A program made the position numbers and the translations under genes. The notes beneath the pieces were generated by a model. That model saw nothing but the letters and a program-made list of their open reading frames with translations. It did no database searches and was not told where the DNA came from. A stretch of 64,000 nt of DNA from Amoebophrya sp. A120 (lineage: Eukaryota; Protista; Dinoflagellata): positions 9,740,650 to 9,804,649 of the forward strand of contig CAJINV010000002.1 of the NCBI GenBank assembly GCA_905178155.1, written 5' to 3'. Within the stretch, counting starts at the first letter, position 1. The number at the start of each line of letters is the position of its first letter. Positions 34,601 to 46,800 of the stretch are shown piece by piece.

Positions 34601-37600
34601 ATTTGTAAGCTCATTGGCCGTTGTGCCATCGGGACTTCCTGCCCGTAGACCACCAATGTCATGCGGGCACGCAAGCCTAGTTTTGCTTGATCATATGCAT
34701 GCGGCGCCGACCTCTTGCGGAAAAGCACATAAAGAAGCCACGACGCCAGGATATTTGTGTTGCCTGGTCTCCCCGGACCAGCACGGATGACACCCTCCCG
34801 CGAGACGGCGACACAGCTGCTCGGGTGTGGAAGCCAGGACGTAGAAGTACGAGAACTACGACTGTCGTTGCGGGTCAGGGGGGACAAATGGACTTTCGAG
34901 CGGTGCAAAGATTTTCCACCTGCAAAGAACATCGGTTTCTGCCTGTGCACTTCTCCGTCTTGGGTTTCTCTTCGGATGACCAAACACTTGTACTCCGTCT
35001 TCGGCATTCCCTCCCCCCTTCCGTCGCTGATGCTTTTCCCCATCCCGTTTATGAAGCTCTGCTTCACATGCGCGACACGGACATGCAGTCTTCCCCTCCA
35101 CATGCTTGCTGACCGCCACGGGAAAGCCAAAAAATTATTGCATGCACATCGGAGATTAGTTTTACAATGGGGCTATTAGAAATAATTAGAAATAGAATTT
35201 TATCGGTTTACGTAACCAGGGGCGGCTTGTCGTCTGCGGCAGATGATGACAGCGTGCACATTCCTACAAATACATGGCTACCGGGCTGCTTCCCGGTTGG
35301 TCTAGTATCACCTGACTCATTGGCGCTGATTTGCTAAACGCCTTGCCGCGACCCTGCCCGCTCGGGGGATAGTTATCTCTAGACAGTGCACCACCTGCGG
35401 TTGCACTCGGCGTTCGAGTCTAGTTAAAAACCTACCATGCGTAAATCTTTCATTTTGCGTGGGCTCCTGGTGGCTGCTTCCACCGTCGGGGAGTATAATC
35501 TTACTAAACATAAGTCATTGGCCACTGGGTCGCTGTGACGCCGTGCCTGCATGCACCATCAGAAGTGCAACGAGGTACCAATCGCGTTTCTGCATGCACC
35601 ATTAGAAGTGCATTGAGGTGCGAGGGTCGTGAGTGAGTGAATGAATCTTGAATGAGCTTAGCATTCACATTTCGCACCCCGGCTCATTCATGAGGTTTTA
35701 CGCCCCCGGCCCTTCGGCTTCGCGGCTGAGGGGTTGGGTTTCGTTGTGACGGAAAGTATAGTCTTTGCACAGCAACGTGAATCCGATTTACTTGCTGCTG
35801 CTGTGTATGTTTTGTATGACATGCTACCAAGTATGTCTTTGCCTTTCGTGAAAATGTGTGATGATTTTTATGGTTGCCTGCGCTTCGTTGCTACTGCACT
35901 TCCTTCGTTAGTACCTGTTTCCTCGTATGGAGCTAGATCGCAAATTCGTACGCTCCTCATTCCGAAAAGTCCGATCTTCCCTGCCTTCCCCTCATGCCCA
36001 CGTAGATGTAGGTCGCTACCCTTTTACTTCCTCTCTGCCGTGTAGTTTTGTCTTCTTATTTGTTTCATCCTTGTACTAGCGCTAGTTCGCGGAACCCGCT
36101 TCCTCGCAGGGGCAGCTGTTTTTTTTTCCGCCTTGCCAGCGGGTTTGTTTGGGGGGATACGACAGTATCGGCGTCGGGGGAAATCGCCGATGGGATACGA
36201 CCGCAGTGTGACAAGCCAGGCGGGGAAAATAGTGAAGCTTCGGGTCTCGCAGCTCCACTTCTCCGTCTTACTTCCGTCTTCGTCCAGCATCCTCTTCTTT
36301 CTTCTTCCGCCTTTTTCCGTCGGGGTTCGTCTTTGCATGACATCGAGGGTCTAAGGGCATAATGACTTAACTTTATTGGTTTACGTAACCGGGGGCGGTG
36401 TGTCGTCTGCGGCGGATGATGACAGTGCACGCATTTCAAGAACTCCATGGCTTTTGGGGCTGCTTCCCCCTTAGGTCTAGTATCACCTGACTCAAGGCAC
36501 TGATCCGCTAAACGTACACCGTAAGCCTCGCCCGCTCGGGGATAGCGTATCTCTAGACAGTGCTCTTGCTGCGGAGTGCTCGGCGATTCGCGCCGTACTT
36601 AATTCTACTGCGCGTAAGTCTTTCACTTTGCGTGGACTCTTGGTGGCTGCTACCACCGCGGGAGAGTATAAAGATGTAAAACATGAGCCATTAGCCACTG
36701 GGCTGCGGTGGCGTAGTACCTGCACGCACCACCAGAAGTGCGTTGGTGCGACTTGCTTTTCTCTCGTGCACCATCAGAAGTGCACTGAATCGCGAGGGTA
36801 TGATGATGATGAGTCTTTTATTGGTTTTAGTAGGGCATGACGCCACACGGGACGAACAGCCCATAGACCTCCGATGTGATGCGCATTTGTGACCTCAAAT
36901 CCTGCCTGTCTTGCAAGAAGGCAAATCCAGAGAGCGCCCCGCATTTTGCAGGCGGTTTGTGATGCTGCTGGGCTTAGAGCATACATGTTTGCTATGCTAG
37001 GCGCCTGCGTCCAAACCTCTCGACTGAGGCTTGACATATGCCTGCTGTCCTCTACTGCAAGACAGACCTGATTTGTGTACGCAAATCCAGCATCAGAAGC
37101 TTCCTTCTGATATGGGGAGGGGGGATTTTTCTCTTCGATGCTGGAGGGTGACGGCGTGAACGGGAAGTATGGATGCCGATGCCCCGCCTGGGCGCCCCGC
37201 TGTTGGGACGTGAATTGGATGCGCGCGACGCGGATCTTCACCGACCACATGTTCGATTACCTCCCCGCAGACAAGTACGAGTTCTTCATGCGCTTGGATT
37301 CCGACTTTTTCTTCATCAACACGCCGGAATTCGATGCCGTCAAGATGCTACACGAGCTAACGCAGGAAAGAGCCAGCACGACTTATATCGCCAGGAATTT
37401 ATTTTGTGACGCAGATGTAAGTATAGAAAATTGGTGATTCATTCGGTATCCTTCTGCATTAGTCCTTCAATGATGTAGATGTAATTGGTTTACTCACGCA
37501 TGATCCCAAGAACTTAGCAGTGGTGTCGGCAGCTTTCCAGAGCATACACAAATAACTGCGCATTTGCTTACCACCGCCTGTCTATCGAAGCACCGGGTTG

Positions 37601-38463
37601 TTTATCCGATCGAGACCGAGACGTGTTTTTCTACATTTCTCTTTCAGGGAGGTTTGTCATGCTTCCGTGCACGGGTAATGTTAATGTAGCACTGTATATT
37701 TTTGAAAGAGGTCACGCGAAGTCAAGTGTTTTTGTCCTCTGGCTCTTTCGCGTGCGTTTCTGGCCGCTGAAGATTTCCGTTTGCTCCTGCTCCACCTGCA
37801 CGAACGCAACACGAAGAAAACAAAGATGAATCCCGTGCCAGAGGAGGTCGTAGAAACTGTTTTTCTCTTTGATGCCGTTTCGACGAGTTCCAGGAGTACG
37901 TGGAGGATTTCAGCCGGCGGTATCCTTTGCCCCCCGGCATGACAAACCAGTTTGGCGAGCCGGAACCGGTGTCCGAGACCGCGCAGAAAAGCGGCAAAAA
38001 CAGCCGCACGAACATCCGGATGGGGCACGGCGTGGCGGCGGCGGGCGGGCAGTGGACGGTGGGGGACGTGCGGCTCTTCTCCAGCCCGATCTACCGCAGA
38101 TTCGCAAAGGAGGCGCGGGAAAAGATCTTCGAGCACCGGTGGGCGGACCAGCTGCTGTTCGCCGCCGGAACGATTTTGTTCGGCAACAAGCAGTTCTGTT
38201 TCCACGACATGTTCCAGGATGCCGGGCTGTTTGTGCACAAAAAGCAGGGCTACACGGACGAAAGCATCTGGGAAAAGTGCAAGCCTGCTCCAGTGGATAT
38301 TGATGAAGATCAACATGTTGTCCCTTCAAGTACGGCTGAGTCCGCGTTTAACTGGACTGCTATGCTAGAGTCCTACCCAACAATAGACGAGGAACGTGAA
38401 GCCGATCTTGACTCGATGCCTGATGTACAAGACGCGCGAGAGCAAGATCGTGAGGACCTTTGA
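25682..38463 (+). CDS. GT15 (KRE2/MNT1-like) alpha-mannosyltransferase-like protein. Exons about 25682-26117, 26379-26864, 31851-32421, 32819-32938, 37146-37416, 37894-38463.
   Basis: Motifs resembling GT15: KAAIVYV...YDILVLYH, YEFFMRLDSDFFF, and LFSSPIYRRF...IFEHRWAD (compare FFRS.EY...ERWGD). Phase-compatible GT-AG joins plus one introner join (QVLE|GDGVNG). N-terminal hydrophobic anchor. The two 5' exons and the last acceptor are less certain. Confidence 0.7.
27431..29682. repeat. 128-bp GC-rich tandem array, left part (about 17 units), intronic
   Basis: The period of 128 is visible directly and in identical minus-strand ORFs spaced 128 bp apart. Units at about 28400-29680 are near-identical and the outer units are diverged. 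Confidence 0.97.
29683..30703. mobile_element. About 1.02-kb non-autonomous TIR element inserted in the 128-bp array
   Basis: Left end GCTCACCCGGCGCCGCGCCTTGCGG versus reverse complement of the right end GCTCACCCGGAGCCGCGCCCTGCGG, extending imperfectly to about 70 bp. Flanked by TC/TC. The repeat unit resumes in register on the right. Confidence 0.8.
29938..30070. repeat. T-rich ~13-bp minisatellite (TTTTTGGTCTTAC-like) inside the TIR element
   Basis: About 9-10 degenerate GTCTTAYTTTTTG units seen directly. Confidence 0.85.
30704..31465. repeat. 128-bp tandem array, right part (about 6 increasingly diverged units)
   Basis: Same unit and orientation as 27431-29682. Confidence 0.95.
33515..33630 (+). 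repeat. 3' twin-hairpin module shared with the 440-nt structured repeat
   Basis: ACTGGGTCGCTGTGACGCCGTGCCTGCATGCACCAYCAGAAGTGC...CGAGGGT followed by a GTGA tail. Close match to about 35524-35645. Confidence 0.8.
35198..35648 (+). other. Structured RNA-like repeat, copy 1 (SINE or LINE 3'UTR-like, or unknown ncRNA)
   Basis: Colinear with 36371-36812. Several hairpins are retained despite substitutions. Ends in a (GTGA)n/(ATGA)n tail. Confidence 0.6.
36371..36812 (+). other. Structured RNA-like repeat, copy 2
   Basis: Colinear with 35198-35648. Ends in a (TGA)n tail. TTTATTGGTTT occurs at 36372-36382 and 36817-36827, a possible target-site duplication. Confidence 0.6.
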
Positions 38464-39465
38464 TCCAAACATGAGGTTCTTCGTGTTGCGCTGCAATTGA
38501 TGTGATCTCTTGCCGAGTCAACACGAAGATGAAATTCGTTCATAGTTTCCAAGCAACGGCTGCAATGCCATGTTGAGCCGCGATCGCGAAACTTTCATCA
38601 CTTCGCCTCGCGGATGAAATCAAAGAGTCCGTGTAGTTTTGTGCTTCCTCTGCTGTTCTGCAGGCGGCACTACAACAGAGAAGACTCACTTGTTGCTGCG
38701 CGCTGACCTGGCGTCACTGCTACTTGGAAATACACTAGTAACGCTCAGCTTCAAATACTTGTTTGTGGTGCTAGTCCGATTCCTAATAGAAATTTATGAA
38801 TATGAAGTGGAGATGAAGCGCAGTGGCAGACTTATTTTCAACGCAAGCGGCCTCGCTTTCCTACAGGGATCTCAACCTGCGCACGTTTCAACCAGATCCA
38901 ACGTGCAACAGGTTTCATCTAGATCTGAGAGATCCACCGCATGATCAACCAGTGATCACTACAATATGAAACTCATCACAACTATTGAACGCCGACGCCC
39001 GGTATGGCGTCCTTGTTTTTTGTAGTGTATTCATCAAGTAGAAGTAAGTAGTGTTGGAGTTCAACATGAGATCGGCTTTTGGAGAGATGGAAAGCGCAAT
39101 TATAACGCTCCAACAAGTAGTTTTCTTTCGGAAAGTATCAGTAAAAATTTTTTTGACCAACATTTTTTTGTGAAGCAACCAATCAATGCAATATGCAAGA
39201 AAAAATCACCAAACAAAAATCGTTAATCCCGATGGTATGACCTCCAGAGGCCCATCTTTTACAACAGTCACGCAAACGCGCACTTTTTTGATGTTTTTAC
39301 AATGCTTTCGGGATGGTACAGTGCCAGATTAGAAGAAACATCACATGACATGTTGTTGTGAAATGTTTTTTATTGTTTGGTGTATGAAATTCAAATCCAA
39401 TCGGTACATAGTGTACGTGTAGTCCATATCTATGTATGGTATAGCAATAACTATCACCCACAAAC

Positions 39466-39951
39466 ATGACAACCGCGTCCACTTTAACCCACCCCAAGCG
39501 TGACTGCGCAGAGCTCAAAGTGATGCGAAGCCTGCGCCTGACAGTTGCCGACTTGTTAACCGAAGGAAAACTCACCGGACCACAAGCAGCGCGAGTCGTT
39601 GATATTGGAGAGAAGCATGCTGAAAAAGCGTTACACGCTGGTGGTACGCCGATGACCCCTGGCGGCAGCGTTGCAACTGCGTCAACTACGCACGATGCTG
39701 CCTCGTCTTCCTCCTCTTCGGCCACCAGAACAGCCGTAGAGATAGAAGGGCGCATGCAATGCTGGAACCTTTCGCCAGAAGAGGTACAGATCCGAATTCT
39801 GAACGCGACGGTCAAACTACAGAATACAACCGCAGGCGTTCCGTCCAGTGGAAATAAAGGAAAGCACAGGCAGAGCAATAGGACTGTTGAATCGACACCG
39901 GTAATCGAGAACGAGCTTGTACACTTGCAATTGAGAACAACAAAAACATGA
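39466..39951 (+). CDS. Divergent TFIIA small (gamma) subunit-like protein
   Basis: Aligns by eye, in register, with Toa2/GTF2A2. Helical part SLRLTVADLLTEGKLTGPQAARVVDIGEKHAEKAL (compare [35 protein letters not shown]). Beta part TRTAVEIEGRMQCW...IRILNATV (compare TQSKLTVKGNLDTY...FIVKNCQV). Confidence 0.55.
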   Translation: MTTASTLTHPKRDCAELKVMRSLRLTVADLLTEGKLTGPQAARVVDIGEKHAEKALHAGGTPMTPGGSVATASTTHDAASSSSSSATRTAVEIEGRMQCWNLSPEEVQIRILNATVKLQNTTAGVPSSGNKGKHRQSNRTVESTPVIENELVHLQLRTTKT

Positions 39952-40892
39952 CGCTTTCGCATCCACACGATGAACAAAGTAAACCTAAGGACAAAGACGA
40001 TCGATAGAACTCAGAGGACTCATACGATAAAGTCCACGGGATGCCCTCGTCGACGGTGTTTAGTCGTGTTTTAGTCATTCTTGTAGCTTACTGTTTCTCC
40101 CGTTCACTAACTGTTAATACTATCGATCCGACGGAAAAGGGAAATAGGATCACTAGAGATCCTCGTCGTCCATCTCTATGTATAAACCGGAGGAAATATT
40201 ACGACAACAGCAGTAGTGGTTCTGGTTGCCTTTCTGTTGCGAGCTCAGCTATGTGTTGACAGGATGAAAATGCCAAGACCACTTACTTAGATCGGGCAGG
40301 CAATCTTTGTGTTTTGTTGAGCTTGAGCGGACAAAAAATCATAAACGCGGACGGACAGTAGTACCGCATCACTTGTACAGGTTGTACTTCGATGCAAGTT
40401 CACTTTTTCATGCGAGCCACCGTTTCTGACACAGTAGAACATTTTTTTGTGCTGAAAGAATGATGATCAGGTCCTATTTTAGATTTTTTTGTCCGACCCT
40501 TTTTTACTCACCCCAATTCTTTCCATTTTTTACCCTTTCGCTCATTTTGATTTTCGTTTTTCCGGATACCGTTCAGAAAGAGTTTTTACTTTAACCCTGC
40601 GCTTCGCCTTCAACGCCACACTTTATCGGAAATTCTCCTAGTCGTGACTCCTCTGAGTATTCCCCAACTTCCACACGACGCAATAACAAACCGGATATCC
40701 TTCAACCACGTTTTTTTCAGCGCAGAAAAAAATAAGCACGAGTATGACCAAGAACAAGAAGGATCACAAGCAGAGTAGCTCCCAAGCAGAGTAGCTCCCC
40801 TGGTGCTCCTACGACGTAACGTATACGTAATGAGTCTAAGTAATAAATCTCCCTATACCTGCTGATCTACCCCAGTTTATTTTTCCGGAAAG

Positions 40893-43800
40893 ATGTCGAC
40901 TTCCATGGATAATTCAGATCGCCCAGCCCCACCCTCCGCTGACGAGGTGCCGGGACACGACCAGGAGCTGCCAAACAGCCGAGTAACGTCTACCTCAAGC
41001 CAGCAGACTACACCCGCGCCGCGGCGTTCTTTCGAAGGAACCCCCGATCTGATTATCCTCAAGCGGGTTCCGTTGACGAACGAGCGGGAGATTCTTTATG
41101 GTTACGTGACCGAAGATGGCACGGAGAAGGTGTTCGAGGACCTGGCGCGCCGCGTGGTCGCGGCCTACGACAACCCCACGTTTGCCACCGACGAGAACCA
41201 CCGGCGCGAGCTGATCCGGAGTTGGATCCCCAACCACCAGACCAGCCGGCAGTACCACTTCAAAACCGTGGAAACCGATGACCACGTGGTCGGGCCAACC
41301 ATGGGCGTGGTCTGGGAGCAGATATGGATTGCAAAAATGTCTGGGTCTGGAAGATTGCAACTTGTCATGCTAATTCCGAACGATGCAAAAATCTGTGTTG
41401 CATGAGTGCCAAAAGCCGTCCACTTTCGACCAATTTGGGAGGCAGTTTCTCATGCAGGATAGGCATGATAGAACTCTCAGAGAATCTGTCATGCTATATC
41501 CTACATACCAGACCTCATGGGTCACGGAAAACCTGCATGACAAGTCTGGCATTCTTCCAGACCCAGACACTTTTACATTTGATAGCAGATGGCGGCGACC
41601 AACCAGCAGCGGGCCTGCTTCGTCCGGGGCACCGACTTCGGCCAGCCGTCGCACTTCATCCCGGACTATCAAATGCAAAAATGTCTGGGTCTGGAAGGAT
41701 GCGAACTTGTGATGCGGATTCTGGAACAGGCAAAAATCTGTATTGCGTAGTCAGCAAAAGGCACTCGAATTTTGTCTCCAGAAGAGGGCATTTGTCATGC
41801 GGAATAGGCATGGAGAAGCCTCCACAGAGTTTGTCATGCTGGGTGTGCATTGCAGACCTTTTTGTGGATGTAGAAAATGCATGAGAAATGCCTGATTTCT
41901 TCCAGACCCAGACATTTTTGCATTTGATACGGACGCGGACTTTCAATTCGTGTACGCAGAGTCCCTCCAGCTGCGGCTGGAAAAGGCTGCGCGGGAGCGC
42001 CGGAAGCTGCGTCTTGTGGACGAGAGGAATTCATCGTTCTCGCATAGTACATTTATTTCATCGTCATCATCATCAACTGCCGCGAACAAGGAGTATCCCG
42101 AAACCATGTTCACGAATTTAGCCGACACCCTCGAGGGCGGCTTTTCGGCGCTGGATTGCGTGCTGCCGACGGTGGACGGTGGCATTCTGCTGCAGGTGCT
42201 GTTTGACGTCTTCGCCGGGTGTGAGAGTCGGCAGAGGTTTGCCGCGAAGTACAGAAGCGCAGAGGGCGCTGGTGCTCGTCCTGGAGATAATTTTTCAATT
42301 TCACTATCCGAAAGCCAAAGCAGTTTACTCGCCAGGCACAAGCTCAACAGCGACATGTACATGGGCGGAAGTTGTGCACCAGCTTCCCCCACTGAACCTG
42401 CGTCTTCTAATATTTCATACGAGAAGCTCCCCGAAAAAAAGAAGTTCGAACTGAGGATGGAATTGCTCCTGCACGAATTTATTACGGTGCAGCAGGAGCT
42501 CCTGAAAGCGCAGCTTCCTTTTCCGGAGGTCAGTGCAGAACCTCATGGCTCGAGCTCAACATCATCTTCGCAACCTCCGGATACCGTGGTGAAGAACGGG
42601 CCTGCCCAGCAAGAACCAGCTGGAGCTTCATCTCATCAACACACCATGAACGAGGTGGGCCTACAGGCGTTGCTGCGAGAAAGGATGAGGAATCGGTTCC
42701 TGTATTTCGTGAACGTGTGGAATATAGAAACGATCGACCGACGCCTGTTTCTGACAAAAATGGAGGAACTCGACCAGGGAGCCGCCGACGCCTTTTCGCA
42801 CGAGGAAAAGAAAAGAATCTTCAGTCAGTTGCTAGCCGAATGCAAAAGCGTCGGACCGGAAAGAAAAATCCTTTTGAAACAAATGCTAAAACGAGAACTG
42901 AAGGCATGCGAGGACGCGATCGAAGAAAAACACCCACGCCATACTGAAAGGAACCGAAAGGTATACCAGCAGCACCTTCTAGATTTCGATAAAGTTGATG
43001 GCGGTGCGCTGAGAAAATTTTTGGGTTGCGGTGCATCAAGCGCCCCGCAAAAAAGCAGATTCCAGTCCATGCGGGGGCAAGATGCCGAGTTACTACATTT
43101 GTTGCAGAACGGCATCGACAATCCAGCGGGACGAGACGCAGATGAAAATCCCACAGGCGCTACTACTAACGGAGCAACCACAATGCAGCCAATATGAAAT
43201 GCAAAAGTATCGTATTCGTATAAATGCATTTCAAATTATTTCCTCAGCATGAGAAATGAAATTTGTAATGCGGATTTGCTTTCAGAAAAAAATTTGTAAT
43301 GCATGATCGCAATACGAGTACGATACTTGTGCACAGGATAGCCAAGCACGCTTTCCAATACGGCCGCGGACTGGCTGGTTCCGGGTCGGCAGTGGCGCGG
43401 CGAAATCCACATGCCCGGTCAGTTATCAAATGCAAAAATCTCTGGGTCTGGAAACTTGTAATGCTGTGTTGGGAATAGTGAATGCTCTGCAATGCACAGC
43501 CAAGCATGAGAAGTAATTTTTGCTTCTTTGTGTTGCGTTTTTCGCATGAGAAACTGCGTTTTTGCATGACAGGAAAAAGGGTCTCTTCTTGGACACGCAT
43601 CACAAACCTTTCTGTCATGCCAGACAAGCATGACAAATCTCGCAATCTTCCAGACCCAAACACTTTTACATTTGATATCAGTACGGTCAGCAGCAGGCGA
43701 TGCGGCATGCGCACGACTACTTCTTCAGCGTACAGGATTTTCCGTTCTACACTAGTCACGAACGGGGAAATTTCTACGCGATCCACGCCGACGAGAACGA

Positions 43801-46800
43801 TTGCCAGTTTGTCCGGGTGTACGTCGGCAAGGAAAACATTCCGAGAAAGTTACTCGAAATTTTCGAAAACAACGAAGAACACGAGGAGAAGAAGAAAAAG
43901 AAGAATCAAGCAAACAGTCCTGGTGCCGGAGGTGAAAATAAAACCGCAAGCCATGATCCTGCCACACAACTTCCTGAAGCAGGGTCTTCTTCTACTTCGG
44001 CCTCGTCATCCGCTGAACTGAACACAACAGCTTCTAGCAAAGATTTGGTTGAGAATAGTTCGAGCAGCTTCAACAGCTTCATTGAAGCTGCTCGAACTAT
44101 TATCAACGGCGGCGCAACAACTGTTCGAAACCAGGGCAACAAAATCAAGGTTGTGTACCACGACCGGGAGACCTACTGCTTCGGCTACCTCGATCTGAAC
44201 ACGGGCCGGATCGAGGGGGACGTGCGGCAGCTGCAGAGCAACAACTTTGATTCCCTACTGTGGGAGCGCAGCGAGAACACCAAATCTTACTTTTTCTGCG
44301 AGCCGCTCCCCACTCCGGGCCGGCCGCTGTTGGTGCTCCGAAACCGGGTCGTGACGAAAATTCTCGACACCTGGATGCGCGGGCACGCGGGCGTGGCGGA
44401 TACCGCTTTGCAAGACGGCGCAATCGTGAAGACGATCTTGAAGAACGCAGCGCAGAGCCCCGCTCTAGAAGACGTCCCGTACCTGATGTATGATGGGGAA
44501 GACGGGCGCACTGTGTTGCAACAGGGGCCGCCGTGTCTCGGCGACCTGCCCGGGCTCGCAGAGTCGGCGCGCAAACATGAAGAAAATGGGGGTGACAAAA
44601 ATACTGTCGGTCCACCATCCTACCTGCTCGCGCACCTCCACTACTTCTGGCAAGATTGCTGGAAAATGCAGGGCACCACCCGGAAGCAGGCCGGCGCGCC
44701 ACGCGAAGATCTTCGCAAGGTCTTGCAGACTTCCTTGCTGCCGGCTGAACGGGAGTCGATCGAACGGGACAACCTGCATTTTCTCGCGAAAGCCGTGATC
44801 CCACACAGCCTCCGCGGGACGCTCAGAGACGACGTTGCGGTCGGCTTCTCGAACATGCAAATCGTTTACACGAAAGCGGATGGTACCGGGAGCCGCATGG
44901 AAGCGGCCGTCGCAACGTTCCAGCACAGGCTGGACAGTTCCGTTTACTGCGAACCCGTGGGAATAACCAATTTCCATTCTGTCTGTCCGGAGTTTCCCCA
45001 TAACTTGAAGCGCCTTGTCCCTTGGGGTACAGCTTTTCAAATTACTTAATACATGCTTTCCACCGTCAGGTGAATGTCACAAGCAGAAGCTTTTTTGACA
45101 ATGAATGTTGTTCATGTCCCAATTGCAAATTGATAATTTGACGTTTGAGTTTGTATGTCTGCGCACAATCGTACGCCGAGTGACCAGTGATATTTCGTGA
45201 ACAGGATCATGAAATAGAGCAAAAATCAATATACCAAGAAAAAATCAAAAAACCAGGCCTCGTCCATGCGCTGGCCATCCAGCAGGTTCGGGCCCTGCAG
45301 TGCGAGTTCTGCCAGGAGATGAGTCAGCTTTCGAAGCTGCAGTTCGACAACGAGGAGGCAAAGCTGAACCTGTTTGACATCACCATGCATCAAAGCAATT
45401 CCGCGGAGCGGCGGCAGATGGGCTTGCTCGAGGTCCTCCACGGTGCGCGCGAAGGCCGCACGGTCTGCTGGCAGACGGACCCGGAAGATACCTACCAGCC
45501 GCAGCCCGTGGAAAAGTCGTTTGCCATTTTGAAGCACGATGGCCACCTGCGGTGGGACGCCGCCAAGAATAGCGTCTTTCGGGCCATCAAGAGCAAGGTG
45601 GATTTGGTGCAAAAAAACATGGAGTCCCTGGTTTCCACCGATTCAGACCACAGCGCTGAGAGCAAGAACACGGAAGGAGCGCCTCAAGCTACAGAAACTC
45701 CCCAGCACCACTGGCGAATCGTCGCCGAGTCCTGCGTGCCCCTCCTCGGCCAACAATGTGCGGATGGCTACAAGCTTACCCCCGAGGGCGGGGTGGTGTA
45801 CGGGCCTCCTGTGCACCCTCGAAGAGAGCTGTGTCGGTCGGTCCAACGGCAAGACAGTTCGCAAAACAAGAAGCGCATTGAAACCTTACCGCTCGCGGAG
45901 CTTTTCGAACGTCGGACCTTGGACTTCGTGCCATACTTCGCAGCCGCGGAGTCTAAAAACAAGCCGCAGTGGCTGCTACCTTCGGACTTGAAAAGATTGC
46001 TGCGAAAGGCGGAGGACAGAACTCGTGGCATAGTCACTGCAACGAACAGGACGGGTCTGATAGAGCTTTCAGACGAGGAAGTTGTGGTCGAAGACTCCGA
46101 TAGTTCTGCTGAAGACGAGACCGAAAATAACGCTCTTCTTGCGGACACCGACTCTGGTCCATTGTCCGATGACCTCGAGAACACGGGGGTGAAACAAATA
46201 GAATCGTCCATAAAGGAGCTGGAAAGAGACAACCAAAGCGCTTCCGACGCTGCAATAACGTCCCGAAGATTTTCAACACCTACGGGAGATGAAGAAGGGC
46301 AGATCCATAGCAGCTCGTCGTCTTCGAGCGCTGGGCAGACAAGAGGTGCAGCTCTTCTGCAACAAAGCGGAAGACTAGAGAATGCTGACGAACCATCTGC
46401 TGATCGAAACGCGGACACAACAAAGGACGTCGCGCAGCAAGGCCACTCACTTACCGCTGCCGGCGAGAGGCTCCGACAGTGGATCTTGAGCATCCTGCCG
46501 ATGTCGGTTCAGTACCGACTGAGCATTTTGGAAAAGCGGATTCGTGGGACTGCGACATGGGCGAACACACATGTTCTTAGCGCGACCGGCATTGATATCC
46601 TGCGTAAAAACGTCCCCACCCCATACGTCAAGATGGGGATTTTGCAACACAAACCTTGAGGTTTTGGGAGCCACGCATGACAAGTTCCTCTCTGTAGTGT
46701 AGTGCAGTTTGGCAAGTACAGCCGCAAGACAAGTCCATCTACATATCCTGCTTACAGCATCACAAAGTTCAAAACACGATTGGAAATGGCTCTCATGGGG

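Larger units (their letters stand above)
32939..37140. mobile_element. Giant family B introner (4202 bp), DR CTGGA, with about 3.85 kb of nested cargo (about 33020-36874)
   Basis: Left TIR TATCGTAAAGAAAAATCCCCCCTCCCCATAT; right TIR ATATGGGGAGGGGGGATTTTTCTCTTCGATG. DR at 32934-32938 and 37141-37145. 36875-37140 resembles the body of 8153-8475. Removal joins the GT15 exons in frame. Confidence 0.88.

Noticed and set aside
35243-35315. Box C/D snoRNA or U2-like RNA within the structured repeat
   Set aside because: ATGATGA lies in a predicted stem, no rRNA target was recognised, the U2 similarity is only TAGTATC, and conservation extends far beyond snoRNA length.
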